DNA of 64,000 bases from Selaginella moellendorffii. Its lineage: Eukaryota; Plantae; Lycopodiophyta. Below the pieces are notes generated by a model. That model saw nothing but the letters and a program-made list of their open reading frames with translations, did no database searches and was not told the DNA's origin. Positions within the stretch are counted from its first letter, which is position 1. Every line of letters starts with the position of its first letter. The DNA is taken from NCBI RefSeq assembly GCF_000143415.4, contig NW_003314372.1, positions 123,985 through 187,984 on the forward strand, read 5' to 3'. Both the position numbers and the translations under genes were made by a program. Shown one piece after another: positions 12,341-25,838 of this stretch.

Positions 12341-13215
12341 ATGGCGGGGCTGATCTACAGTTTTGTGTCGAGAGGCAATGTGGTTCTGGCGGAGTTCACG
12401 GCATTCTCTGGAAATTTTAGCACCATCGCTGTCCAGTGCCTCCAGAAGCTCCCCGCCAACAACAACAGATTCACCTATACTTGCGATCGTCATACTTTCA
12501 ATTACTTGATTGAGGAGGGATTCAGTAAGTAGCATTTTCTCCATTCTTCTTTAGCTCATGGGTTTTTTCTTTGCAGCTTATATGGTTGTAGCAGACGAGG
12601 ACTATGGGAGACAAGTACCTTTCGCGTTTCTTGAACGGGTTAAGGAAGACTTTAGGCGAAGATATGTTGGAGGAAGAGCGGAGACTGCCGTTGCTCACAG
12701 TTTGGACAGAGAATTTGGGTAACATGAACTCTTACATGGCTTGCTCAATCTGTACCTTGTGTTTTAGGCCCAAGCTCAAAGAACACATGGAATACTGCGC
12801 AGATCATCCAGAAGAAATGAACAAGATTGCCAGAATCAAACAGCAGGTTTCCGAAGTGAAAGGGATCATGATGGATAACATTGAAAAGGTGCACTATAGA
12901 GTTTCTAAAAGAAATTCGGTTCTTCAACTTTGGTTTTCCAGGTGCTCGAGAGGGGGGAGAAAATCGAGCTTCTGGTTGATAAGACGGAAAACCTACGGTT
13001 TCAGGTACAATGCTTTGTAACGTAAGAACGAAAATCAGTGTAACGCTACCTTCGATGGCAAACTGCAGGCCGACAACTTCCAACGGCAAGGCAGGCAGCT
13101 AAGGCGCAAGATGTGGCTGCAGAATATGAAAATGAAGCTCATAGTTCTTGCGATTGTCCTTTTCGTCATCGTAGTCATATGGCTTGCAATATGCCATGGG
13201 TTCAGCTGTAAGTAG
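12341..13215 (+). CDS. VAMP72: R-SNARE VAMP72 family (longin + synaptobrevin + TM); exons 12341-12524, 12577-12718, 12768-12888, 12942-13004, 13069-13215
   Basis: [35 protein letters not shown]; [16 protein letters not shown]; [32 protein letters not shown]; LRRKMWLQN plus TM. All introns GT-AG and in frame. Confidence 0.95.
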
Positions 13216-13309
13216 GTGAAACTTGGTCAATCACAGGTTTGGCTGGTAGTATACAGAGAGTTTTAGATTAGTTTCTCGACCAGGCTGAGCAAGTTTCGTG
13301 ATGAGACTT

Positions 13310-15298
13310 TCAGGATCGAGACATGTACAATCTTTGATCAGCATGGAGGTGGGAGAGAGCTACATAAGCAGAATGATCGAAGGGATCCAGCTGCAGAACA
13401 CGTCTGGCTGCCTCGGATCCTCGTTCTTTGTCGTGGTGAGTTCTGCAAGCACCAAGAAACGCCATCCGAACGGATTGGTCGGGTGGAAACGGCATGGATG
13501 TGGTAACTTTCTCGGCTATATCAAGACGACCAGCTCTGCCCAGCAGATCGATCAAACACGAGTAATGCTGCGAATTGCACATAAGTTGGTAGTCACATTT
13601 CATCCCTGCAAAGTACTGACAACCTTGACTGACCAGGCCACCGTGAGCACAAGCAGACAACACGGCATTCAACGTGATTCCATCGGGCTTGAAGCCACCG
13701 TCCTGCTGCATTTCCCAGAAGAGCTTCAGTGCTCTCTCAGAATTTCCGTTCTGAGCGTTTGCCGCAATGTAAACGTTACACAGCACCAGGTTCTTCACTG
13801 CCACAGCATTGTAGGCCCGTTTCGCCTGCTTCAGGTTGCCACAACCACTGTACATCTCAACCAAAGCAGCAGCAACGTCCACCTCGCTCTGGAATCCAGA
13901 AGCCACAATCTGGGAATGAATCCAAAGGCCATCGCTTAGACTCCTACAGGAACTTAGCAGCTCCAGGAACGTTACTTGGTTGGCACGAACTCCAGAATGA
14001 AGCAGTCTCCGGAAAACTACCAGAGCGTCTTGGAACTGAGCTCGCTGGGAGAAGGCCGCGATCAGAGCAGTACAGGAAATAACATCCGGAGAGCTGATAG
14101 AGCCGAAGACTTTTCTCGCTCCTTCAACGTCACCACACTTTCCATAGAAGCTGACGAGCGCATTCGTGACTTGGAGGCTCGACTGGTAGCCGCTCTCGGC
14201 AATGCAATTCAAGACGAGCTGGTAAAACGGAGGAACTGGAGGATCGACAAGGTTTTTCTCCATGGAGCTAAGGATGGACAAAAAGGTGGCTCTGTCCGGT
14301 CTCCTCCCTTCGGCCATCATCTCCATGAACAGCGACGCCACTCGAGGAGCTTCTCCTTCCTCCGCAGCAGCGTTGATCATCACGTTCCAAGAGATTTCGT
14401 CTCTCTCAGCCATGGATTGGAAGACTCTCGCCGCTGCAGCAAGATCACCACACCGAGCAAGCATTCCAACGCAGGCATTGGCAACAACAGTCACCGCTCC
14501 AAATCCGGACCCGACGATCTGCTCGTGGATCAACTTCGCAGCACGAAGATCTTTACTACCAGAGAAGAGCACTAGCGTCGAGCTAAAGGTGATCTCGTTT
14601 GGCCTCACACCTTCCAGCTGCATCGATCGAAACAGCCGCATTGCCTCGGCGAGCTCCCCCAACCTGGCAGACGCTGCGATCATCACAGTCCAGGACACAA
14701 CGTTTCTTTCGGGCATCCTCTCGAAGACTTTCCAGCAGCTTCGAAGATCCAGCCTCTTGCTATACATGCTCATCAGCGCGTTGGCAACGATTAGTTCCTG
14801 TTCCAGGCCACTCTCGACGATCCATCCGTGGACGCAAGTTGCCAGTTCCTGCGATTCATCTAGAGCGAGAGCGCCCAGCATCGCGACGAAGCTCACGGCG
14901 TCCGGGATCACTCCCTCGAGCAGCAGGCAGCGGAAGAGATAGATGGCCTGGTGGAAATCTCCGGAGTGGACGTAAGCGCTGATGATCGCGGTCCAGGCAA
15001 GCTTGCCTCGAGCCGGCATTGTGTCGAGCACTCTGCGCGCGTCGGCGAGGCTGCCGCATTTGAGATACATCTGGACGAGCTGGTTTCCAAGGTGGTGGTC
15101 GCGATCCAGCCCGGAGCTGACGATCCGCGAGTGGATCATCCGGGCGGTGGCGAGATCTCGCGTGGTGGAGCTGCATTCTCGCATGAGATTCGCGAGGAGT
15201 GATCGAGGGGGAAGAACTTTTGGTGGAGATGGGAGTGACTCGCTACTAAAGAAGGCCTTGAAGAGGAAGTGGGTGTTTCCAAGAGAGTTCTTTCTCAT
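13310..15298 (-). CDS. PLS-class pentatricopeptide repeat protein with E-type C-terminal extension (organellar RNA editing factor type), no DYW
   Basis: Repeated LVxMYxKCG..A..VF..M..RNVVSWTxMI motifs; VLSACAHGGLV..G..YF; HYSCLIDLLGRAGRL; AFLGACRTH; SAYVALSH. Confidence 0.92.
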   Translation of the reverse strand: MRKNSLGNTHFLFKAFFSSESLPSPPKVLPPRSLLANLMRECSSTTRDLATARMIHSRIVSSGLDRDHHLGNQLVQMYLKCGSLADARRVLDTMPARGKLAWTAIISAYVHSGDFHQAIYLFRCLLLEGVIPDAVSFVAMLGALALDESQELATCVHGWIVESGLEQELIVANALMSMYSKRLDLRSCWKVFERMPERNVVSWTVMIAASARLGELAEAMRLFRSMQLEGVRPNEITFSSTLVLFSGSKDLRAAKLIHEQIVGSGFGAVTVVANACVGMLARCGDLAAAARVFQSMAERDEISWNVMINAAAEEGEAPRVASLFMEMMAEGRRPDRATFLSILSSMEKNLVDPPVPPFYQLVLNCIAESGYQSSLQVTNALVSFYGKCGDVEGARKVFGSISSPDVISCTALIAAFSQRAQFQDALVVFRRLLHSGVRANQVTFLELLSSCRSLSDGLWIHSQIVASGFQSEVDVAAALVEMYSGCGNLKQAKRAYNAVAVKNLVLCNVYIAANAQNGNSERALKLFWEMQQDGGFKPDGITLNAVLSACAHGGLVSQGCQYFAGMKCDYQLMCNSQHYSCLIDLLGRAGRLDIAEKVTTSMPFPPDQSVRMAFLGACRTHHDKERGSEAARRVLQLDPFDHSAYVALSHLHADQRLYMSRS

Positions 15299-15319
15299 GG
15301 TTTGCTGGAGTGAAAGTCA

Positions 15320-15821
15320 TACCAAACACTCCATGGAATGAAAATACAAAACTAATTAGACTTTCAGAACTGGAGGTAGCGTCCATGGCTACTCCTGGGA
15401 CCAGCCTGCAGAAACGGGTTCGGAGTAACACTCTGTATCCTTGGAAACTGTCTTTGCAACTCCGGCACGATGCTCTGCATGAAATCCGCATCCAAAAGCT
15501 TGTCCAGAAGCAAAACAGCATCATCTGCCACACTGCTACCGACCATCTCGGCTGTCACTACGATCTTGACAGGCCGCTTGAAACCAGTTCTCGTGTTGAT
15601 CTGTTCCATGCTGCCAAAGTCAATGCGGTATGAATCTCCTGAAGGGTGGGAGCTGGAAACGAGAAGACCTTGGAGCCGGATTTCTTCGCAGCCATGATCT
15701 TTGAAGATAAGTTGGAATTATATTCCTGCCAACGGATCATATATTTAGGAGGGTCATCTTTGATGCCTTGAAAGATCAGCCAAGATTTTGATCATTTTTC
15801 ACAATCAGCATATTCTATCAT
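15320..15821 (-). pseudogene. WWE + PARP/ADP-ribosyltransferase-like pseudogene, copy 1
   Basis: WLIFQ..RWQEYNSNLSSKIMAA (frameshift) YRIDFGSMEQINTRTGFKRPVKIV is a WWE pattern; then IVPELQRQFPRIQSVTPNPFLQ..YLQF and FVFSFHG; internal stops. Confidence 0.65.
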
Positions 15822-15879
15822 TTAGGGTGTACGAATTGCTCTTCACTATTGACTCTACACTCCAAAGCAATACATGCGC

Positions 15880-17670
15880 TTTCAACAGCTATCCTCATTC
15901 CCTTGGTAGAACGCAAAGAATTTTCTTGCGTCTAAAATGCACGTACCTTGGATAGCCACAACGTTTGAAGCTGAAAGCACTTGCTTGAATAACTCTCCCT
16001 TCTTTTTCTCCCACAGACGAACGCCACATCATTGTGGAAAAAACTTCTTTCAAAGCCAAGGCCATAGAAGCATTTGCAGGCCTTGTGTTCAGCAATGCTT
16101 CCTTGACAGCTTTCCCCTTTCTGAAGCTGACACTCCCTGGCATGTCGCCAAGATTCAGGAACAAGCTGGTGTATAGTACCTGGAGCTCTGGTGCTATCCC
16201 GAAAAAATCTCTAGAACACTTTGCAAATTCTACATGACTGCCCCCAAAGACTGACTTGCAGCAGGCTGAAAGTGTCACCCGTGAAGCCCAATAGGATCAG
16301 GTCGACTCCCCCCTTCGGGCAGATGATTCCAACACCCGCCTTTCCCAGTGCAAACATTTGCTCCTTCTTGGTATGTCGAGCTTTTTAAACTGCAAGCACA
16401 AGAACTTCCCTTTCGCCACCTTTTCCCAACGCTTCCGCTGAGAAACATCCTCTTTGCAAAGAAGCGTCTTCCCGCAAAGGCTGCCACACAACTCCTCTAG
16501 AGTGAAGTTCACTGCAAGTAACAGCAGCAGTCGTGCCACAAGCTCCCCTTTGCAACCAGCATCGATCCAACCTTTCTGGAGCCCGTCATGAATGTTCCAA
16601 ACAAATCTTCCATTCGGCGGCTGTCTCCGCAAAACAAGAGCTGCAGCCGCTGCAACTGCTGGCCCCACGGCCCAATCCGTCCAGACACGCCGCAGGTCCG
16701 AGATGGACTCGACGGTAAGCAAATGGCTGGCAACCATGCGAGAGACAATGCTGGCCTGCGGGTTAATGTTGATGCACACCGACGGCCAACTTGGCCTCTG
16801 TTGATATCGTACCATTATGATGAAACTTATTAGATGTTCCAGTACCACCAAGGAGCTTCTCCACAGCAAGGACCTGTACCCGACTTCCGCAAGCCTTGTA
16901 CATTGCTGCCCACAACGGACGGACGTATGCAAAGAGACGACCCGAATCTGTGACTTGATCGAGCGAAAGGCTGCCTGTTTCCGGTGGCGAGCGCGCCGCA
17001 AACATGCAGTAGAGAGGATGTGCAACGAGCGCTCCTTCTGCACCGACACGGTCGCCGGGATGAGCCTCTGGACCAGGAGCTAAGCTGTTGATAATACTGC
17101 TGCAGGTGTCGATGAAGATAGCAGCCACATCTCCTTTGTCTGGCAGAACCCTGGTGGCTCTTGTGGCAGGCACGACGGCGTCGAAAGCTCCTTCATATTG
17201 GCCGTGAGCAAACCATCGGGCTTCGTCATGACAAGCAAAACCTTGGGCTTCCCCAGATGGAGACTCTGGCAAGTCCTTGAGTTTGTTGCGAATCCTCGTT
17301 CTACTTCCCGCAAGTGGCAGCTTCTCTTCCCATTCGTCCCAAACGTTGGATTCCTTTCCATGGAAGCGCAAGAGAACCGACAGGAGCTTCCCGGTCGTGT
17401 TTCCGTCGCTCCAAGCATCCGCTCCTCCAGGAATGCTTCCAACTTCATCTTCATCTCCACGGCTGTGCGATTCGAAGTAGTCCATGCAAAAGAGCATGAA
17501 CCTGCTTTGCAACACAAGCAATGTCCCCGAGCAGAGTAAGGTGACAGTGCTGTCATAGAAGAAATCGGGAATGGAGGGTATGTGGAGCCAGAGGCCAGCA
17601 GTAAACCATGAACACACCCCGAGTCACAAGCTCACACGTAGTGCTCGACTTTCACAGTTTGATACCTTTG
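15880..17670 (-). pseudogene. Crinkler-like NTPase-nuclease paralog A, decayed (many small deletions, Walker A deleted)
   Basis: Collinear with 41313-43465: DEARWF, IFIDTCSS, HPLYC, GRLFAY.RPLW, MVASHLL, GELVARLLLLLAV; frameshifts throughout. Confidence 0.85.
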
Positions 17671-17982
17671 TTGGAATCCTTCCTTCAAAATGTAAACACA
17701 AGACTAATCTTATTCATTATAATAAACTAGAATATACTAGGAAGTTTTTGTTTATAAATTATAAATATAAGATTAATATAAATGAATAAAAATTGATAAA
17801 TAGTAGAATATTTTAGAATATTCAAGTATATTTTACCCAAATTCCTAGAAATTTCCTTAAGCAAATATATAAATAGTGCTTGGAAATAGGTATAATAATT
17901 AGGGTATAAACTCCTGCTTATATATATGGCTGGACTATATTTAGTCTCAAATGGATATATTATACTACTATAATTAGTATAT

Positions 17983-17984
<2 letters not shown>

Positions 17985-18048
<64 letters not shown>
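17985..18048. repeat. (TA)n microsatellite
   Basis: Perfect TA run. Confidence 0.95.
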
Positions 18049-18052
<4 letters not shown>

Positions 18053-18165
18053 CAAACCTTACACTATCCTCCCCTTTATAAGATAAAATAATAATGATAA
18101 TAAGTTAGGTGGAACATTTGACATTTGGAGCTTTTATTAAATGATTATAAACTACTACAAAAACT

Positions 18166-19816
<1,651 letters not shown>

Positions 19817-20044
19817 ACAACTATAAAAAAATGTCTTCAACTATTTTAGCATCAAAGTTTGTTTTCTATTTTAATAGCAATTTTAAGTGGCTATACACTT
19901 GTATATAAATAATAAACATGCAGAAGTGTGTTATCAATTCTAAGAGATCTTAAAAATTCTAAGTCAAAGGAGTGTCTTGTAAACTTTTGAGAAGAATATG
20001 AAAATTTATATGGTAATAAATAAATAAATTAAAAATTATTACTA

Positions 20045-20217
20045 ATGAAATATAGAAATAAAATTGTCAAACATGTATGTAAAAACATTTTATGGAAATT
20101 TGAAAATATTTTCTTAATTTTACAAGTTGATGGAAATCTACTAACACATGGTCTATACGCAAATATTGTGAGAAATGCATTTTTATTATGTATCTTATTA
20201 TTGAAGATAATTGTGAT
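20045..20217 (+). pseudogene. Fragment of the bulb-lectin gene at 34790-35677
   Basis: AAAAACATTTTATGGAAATTTGAAAATATTTTCTT..TTACAAGTTGATGGAAATCT..CAAATATTGTGAGAAATGCATT..TATCTTATTATTGAAGATAATTGTGA matches ~35400-35583. Confidence 0.8.
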
Positions 20218-20269
20218 GGACAAATGCAGGGTTGATCATTATGTTCCAGGGGATTTTATCTTTCTCAGA

Positions 20270-20781
20270 CGAGATCACCACACCAAGGAAGCATTCCAAC
20301 GCGGTATTGGCAACAACAGTCACCACTCCCGCAGCACGAAGGTATTTACTGCCAGAGAAGAGCAACTAAAGGTGATTTCATTGGGCCTCACGCCTTCCAG
20401 CTGCATCGCTCAAAACAACGGCATTGCCTTGGCAAGCTCCCCCGATCAACACAGTCCAAGACACAACGTTCCTCTCGGCCATCCTTTCGAAAACTTTCCA
20501 GCAGCTACGAAGGTTGCTATACGTGCTCATCGTCGACGATCCATCTGGACCCAAGCTGCCAGTTCTTAATTCATCCAGAGAGAGCGCTCCCAGCATCGCG
20601 ACGGAGCTCATGGCGTCCGGGATCACTCCCTCGCGCAGCAGACAGTGGAAGAGATCTAAGATGGCCTGGTGGAAATCTCCCGAGTGGACGTAAGCGCTCA
20701 TGATCGGCAAGCTTGCCTCGAGCAGGCATTGCGCGAGCACTCTGCGAGAGTGGACAACGCTGCCGCATTTTAGATACATCC
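20270..20781 (-). pseudogene. Deleted partial duplicate of the PPR gene at 13310-15298
   Basis: MYLKCGS..SAYVHSGDFHQAI..EGVIPDA..LRSCWKVFERMAERNVVSWTV; collinear with ~14440-15070. Confidence 0.88.
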
Positions 20782-20899
20782 ACGCCTTAATTTTTAGTAT
20801 CATGGATTGTCCGCTTTTAGGGTGGGCGCTATATTGCAACTAGGTTCGTTTGTAGAGAAGGATGAATCGCAAGGATGTGCCGGAGCTTCGCAATAATGC

Positions 20900-23417
20900 A
20901 AAGAGGGCAAGCGGGACGAGCTGCAAAGGAAACGTGAAGAAATATATAGGGAGCTCCTGGAGATAAACAGGGAGCTTCTGAAGGAGCCAGCGGAAGCCGT
21001 GGATCAGGACACTATCCAGCCTTTCGCAGAAGCATTCAAGACTAAGTATCGAAGATGCGGTGTAGATAATGTAGGGCTCTTGCATTTTGAGCTTGAAACA
21101 GTGTCTAAGGACTGGTGTAATGGGCATGCCAGGGTAGCTCCTGTTGTGACTCTTGTGCAGTCGAGTGGCTGGGGAAAGTCGAGGACTGCTGTGAGCTTGC
21201 GAATAGGGGTGTGTTTGTGGTTTACTGCTCCTTCGCCTCGGCCTCCGGCTCCGCGTACCCTCCAAGGTCCGCCATTGCCGATTTCTTCTACGACAGCGCT
21301 GTCACCTTGCTCAGCTCGGGGCCATTGCTTGTGTCCCAGAGCAGGTTCATGCTCTTTTGCATGGACTACTTCGAATCGTGTATCGACACAGCCGTGGAGA
21401 TGAAGATGGAGCCGGAAGCATTCCTCCAAGAGGTAATGCTTGGAGACACTTTCTGGAGCACAGTAAAAGAGAAAATAAGGAATCGGAAAGGAGTCCGGGA
21501 GAAGCTGTCCAGCATACTCGAGCCAGGTCTATTGAAGAAGTCTTTCAACGTCTGGGGTGAATGGGAACAGAAAGTAACGCTGGGAAGAGATACTAGAATC
21601 ATGAAGAAACTCCAGGGCTTGCAAAACCCTGAATCTGGTATTCTTAAAGTCTTGTTTGTGATGGACGAAGCCAGATGGTTTGCGCAAAGCCAGGATCCTA
21701 CGGCTTTTGAGGCATTCATCCCTGCGAGAAGAGCAGCCAGAATTCTTCCCAACACAGGTGGTGCTTGTGTTCTCTTCATGGATACCAATGGCAGAAGAAC
21801 CAACTTTGCACCGCCATCCGAAGCTCACCCAAGTCACCGTGTGTATGGGCTTGGGGTTTCCGTTCCTCATCCTCTATACTGTACGTTTGTGGCACACTCA
21901 CCACCACAAACAAGCAGCCTTACCGTCGCTGAACTCAAGGAACCCGGTCGTTTGTTTGCATACGGTAGGCCGTTGTGGAGAGCCCTTTACGAGAAGCTCG
22001 ACGCGGATCGGGTACTAACCATGGCAGTGGATAAGCTCCTTGGTGGTACTGGGAAGCGTGCTAAGCTACAAGAAGGAGAGGTCTCCACCGCAGCTAAGTT
22101 GGCTGTACTTGGCTCCAGGGTGTGCCTGGACATCAACCCCCAGGCCACCATAATCTCTCGCATGGTAGCCAGTCACCTGCTTAGTGTGGTGTCCATATCA
22201 GATGACCGGCATCGTGTTTGGACAGATTGGACGTTTGAGCCTACGGTTGCAGCGGCTGCAGCTCTTGTTTTGCGGACCAAGCCAATGCCGACGACCTCTG
22301 GGTGGAAGATTTGTTTGCAAGAACTAGAGCAGAGCTTGCTACGTGGCTGGATCGATATTGGATATAAAGAGGAGCTTGTGGCACAATTGCTGCTGTTACT
22401 TGCGGTGGACAGACTAGAGAAGCATGTGTTTGACTGCTTCACTCTAGAGGAGTTGTGTGGCAGCCTTTGCGGGAAGACCCTGTCGTCACAGCTTCTGGAC
22501 AAGTGGTGGATCTTCAAGGCTAAGTTTTTATGCTTGCAGTTCAGAAAAGTAGATATTCCAATCGGAGGGTTACCGGCAGAGCATCTGTTTGAACTGGGAA
22601 AGGCAGGGACTGGAATCATCTTGAACGAGGGAACTTTGGGAACAGATTTAGTTCTTGTGGGGTTCAGAGGGAATATCTTCAAAGTGTCCACTATGGTGTT
22701 AATCTTAATCCAGGTAAAACTGAGGAAGACCCTAGGGGACATAAATGTCCTAGCAGCTAAGTGCTCTACGGAGTTTTCGGGGATAGCCCCTGGTTTCCCT
22801 TACGTGACTTTAATCTTAAATGTCGCGGCTGAGGTGGAAAATGGTGAAAGAACCGCTGTTCTCAGCAGGAGCGATGTGAAGAAGAGGATTCTTGATATGA
22901 CTCCAAAGAGTAGATCCATGGCAACTGCGTTAAAGAATGTTTTCCCAGAATGCCAGGAAGTTGCATTGTGGGAGGAAAAACACGGTGCCTTGGAAGGTGA
23001 AGACAAACCGTGCACAGCGGTTACAAGAGCATGGACACAATACTTTTCTGGAAATTCTGATCTTCAGAAAGTTATCGTTGTCGAAGGTACAGGTTGGTGA
23101 ATTTGTATCTCAGCAATAAGTGCATTATATTTTGTTGTACAGGTCTGAAGGCATTCTCGGATGCAAAAGAAGTTGAATGCATAGTCAAGCATTCGCTGAG
23201 TTCCACTAAAGGAATGAGGAGGCTTGAGCAGCAGAGTCAGAAGAGTTTGGCGGAGCGGATGTTCAGCCACTTGGGAAAAACTAAGCTTCCGTTGCAAAAG
23301 TGAGTGCTTTTATTGCTAGTTTTTGTGGATTAAAAGTTTTATTTATATTACAGATCTAACAAGGAAGCACAAAAGGAAGCAAAGAAGGGAACATGTGAAA
23401 ATGTAAGGATGGTTTAA
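20900..23417 (+). pseudogene. Crinkler-like P-loop NTPase + PD-(D/E)xK-like nuclease paralog B; near intact, one -1 frameshift at ~21188; introns 23087-23142 and probably 23300-23353
   Basis: Walker A VTLVQSSGWGKSR, Walker B LFVMDEAR, GRPLW, MVASHL..EP.VAAAA, ELVAQLLLLLA.D, C-terminal TDLVL...LILIQVK. Spliced C-terminal exon GLKAFSDAK.. is conserved with 40868-41030. No start ATG found in frame upstream of the P-loop. Confidence 0.8.
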
Positions 23418-25838
23418 TGAACAATGTTGAAAGTAAAAGTTTACTCAAAAGAATCATTAGAGGCTCCATTACTTCCATGGTACTCCCATAAATTACTTAC
23501 AAATTCACATCATTCACTCAAGTAAAAAACTGGTGTCCTTCCACAAGCACCCTGTTCTAGTTTATATTGAGAATATGTTCTACACATTTTTATATAAATA
23601 ATTATTTAAAATTAAATTTATTCAAATAAAACTGCACACATATATAGAATATAAAGCTGGAGCATTTACATTTGCAAACTCTAGAGTGATAGGATCCCAT
23701 GACCACAATATGCTCCCATTTGCATTTTACCATGACTTTAATTGAAACTAACAAAGAGCAAACCTTAAGCCACCTTCCTAACCAGCCATAGAATATTCTC
23801 ATAGTTTGTGTCCCTCATGAACCAGCTATAGATGGGAACCTCTAAAAGATAAACAAGCCTCACATAAAGGGAGTCTAAAATAATATGAAAAGATGTGCAA
23901 ATAACAACACTAATGTTATGTTAGACAGCCATAAAAATAAAATTAATATGGCTTTCTTGCATGACAATATAGTTATAGAAATAAGAGAATAAAAATAGAA
24001 TAAATGGCTCAAATCATGTAACAACGTGACTATAGAATTTAATTCTCCTTTTCCTTAAGAATGTTATGTAAACAATGTCTTCACATCATCTTTAATTTCC
24101 CATATAACTTTATCCATAAAATAGCCATTCTACTGAACTAGTAACTCCTAAGTTGTCTTGCAACCTTTGCCAACTTTTAAGTAAGAATATTGGCTAAACT
24201 AGCCTTCTCAACATTAATCTTTGAGACTTAAATGATCCTGAGTGTAAACATATTTAAGGCTTGCTTATATGAAACATTAGATGAATCTTCAAACTAGCTC
24301 TCAAGTCCAAAGCGTAACCAAAATGCCCCACATGCTACAAAATTGTTTAAGGCCCACAATACTATAAAAACATGCCACCTTTTTTTAGAGATTAATGTTG
24401 GGGGGGGGGGAGGGGAGGATTATGAGAGGGCTATGGGGGGTTTTTAAATGTATAGTAAGGATAGTAATTTGAAGCATGGTTAACTATAAAAAACATTAAT
24501 TTGGCTCCTGCTAAGCTATATTGCTCCTTGTTTTACATCCAATTTATGTTTAAGCCCAACCTCCATACTACTCTAGGTGGTGGGGCACCCTTCTTGCGTT
24601 AGGCCACCAATGTGCCAAAATTATGATAAATACTGTTTAACACCAATTTACATGCAAGAGTTAAATATAAAAAGGTAGTGCTTATAGGGGATATTAAGTG
24701 TGTATTAGACCCTCAATTCGTAGCATAATGGGCTTGGAATTCAACTCTAAATTTAGGTGTGCTACACAAATGGTGATGGTTGAGGATAATCTTAAGATTA
24801 ATTTTGTACCTTATTTAGTTTGTTCTTGGTGATGCTGTTCAAATTGAATAATGCTCCAGAAATTTTTTACTAGATGATGGATGAGATTCTTTACAATATG
24901 CCAAAGATGATTGTTAATTTCATTAATGATATCTTGATCCACTAAGAGGGAATATAGGAAGAGCATATCTATGATATTTATAAAGTGTTGGGTTAGTTAT
25001 AAGAAGTTAATTTAAAACTAAAATAGTCAAAATACATGTTTCATTGCCCCAGTAGCATTTCGGTTAGCATCCCTAAACCCCAAATTGCTACTAGATACTT
25101 TTTCTTTGTCATGCAAACATTTTAGTTTATGGACATTGAATGAATTATTATTAGGGCAATATTTTGACCATTTTAGCTTTAAATAAATTTTCCATAGCCA
25201 ATCTAACACTTTAACCATCCTAATCTGAATGCTAAATCTATTTAAGGTTAGCATCCTTGTGCAACAATTTAGTCAATGTCAGCCATACATTGCAATTAGC
25301 AAATGAACTATTCCATAATAAATGAGTGTTTAGCAATTTTTTAGGGTTTTAAGAACTTCATGCATATTTACATGGTTCTTGAATATTGGTAATTATGTTG
25401 CAATCACTTCAATATTAAATTAGAATAACTTGGTTTATTGTATTGTTTGGTGGGCTCTACAATTTTAGATATATAACTTTAAAGTTGTTTATCACCTAGT
25501 GAGTCTAAGGCTGATGCTAATACACTATCTTGAGCTCCTCTCCATTTTTTGCTCTCTTCTTATGTTCCTAACGAGCTTATTGTTCCAATATTAGTAAATT
25601 TTCTGGATGAGAATCTTATATAATTAGTAGTCACTGTACTTAATGTTCAATGTCCATAAGATGTAAAGTTAAATTTACCTTCTTTTGATCAGGTTTATAA
25701 AGCTTAAAAGATTAAGCCTTAGAGTTGAAAGCTTTGTGATAGATTTGAGAATATTGTATCACTTGTTAAAGGTTTGCTATTTTAACATCTACATTCTTAA
25801 TATTGCTTGAGAATGACATTTTTTATTTTGTGAGGATT

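Noticed and set aside
13298-15341. Overlapping plus-strand ORFs
   Set aside because: Antisense shadows of the GC-rich PPR gene.
21180-21215. Programmed frameshift joining the two ORFs of paralog B
   Set aside because: No slippery heptamer; paralog C is in frame at this site and breaks elsewhere, so this is a mutation or a sequencing error.
20900-23417. NB-ARC/NLR assignment for the NTPase family
   Set aside because: No GxGGxGKT, kinase-2 LDD, GLPL, MHD or LRR motifs.
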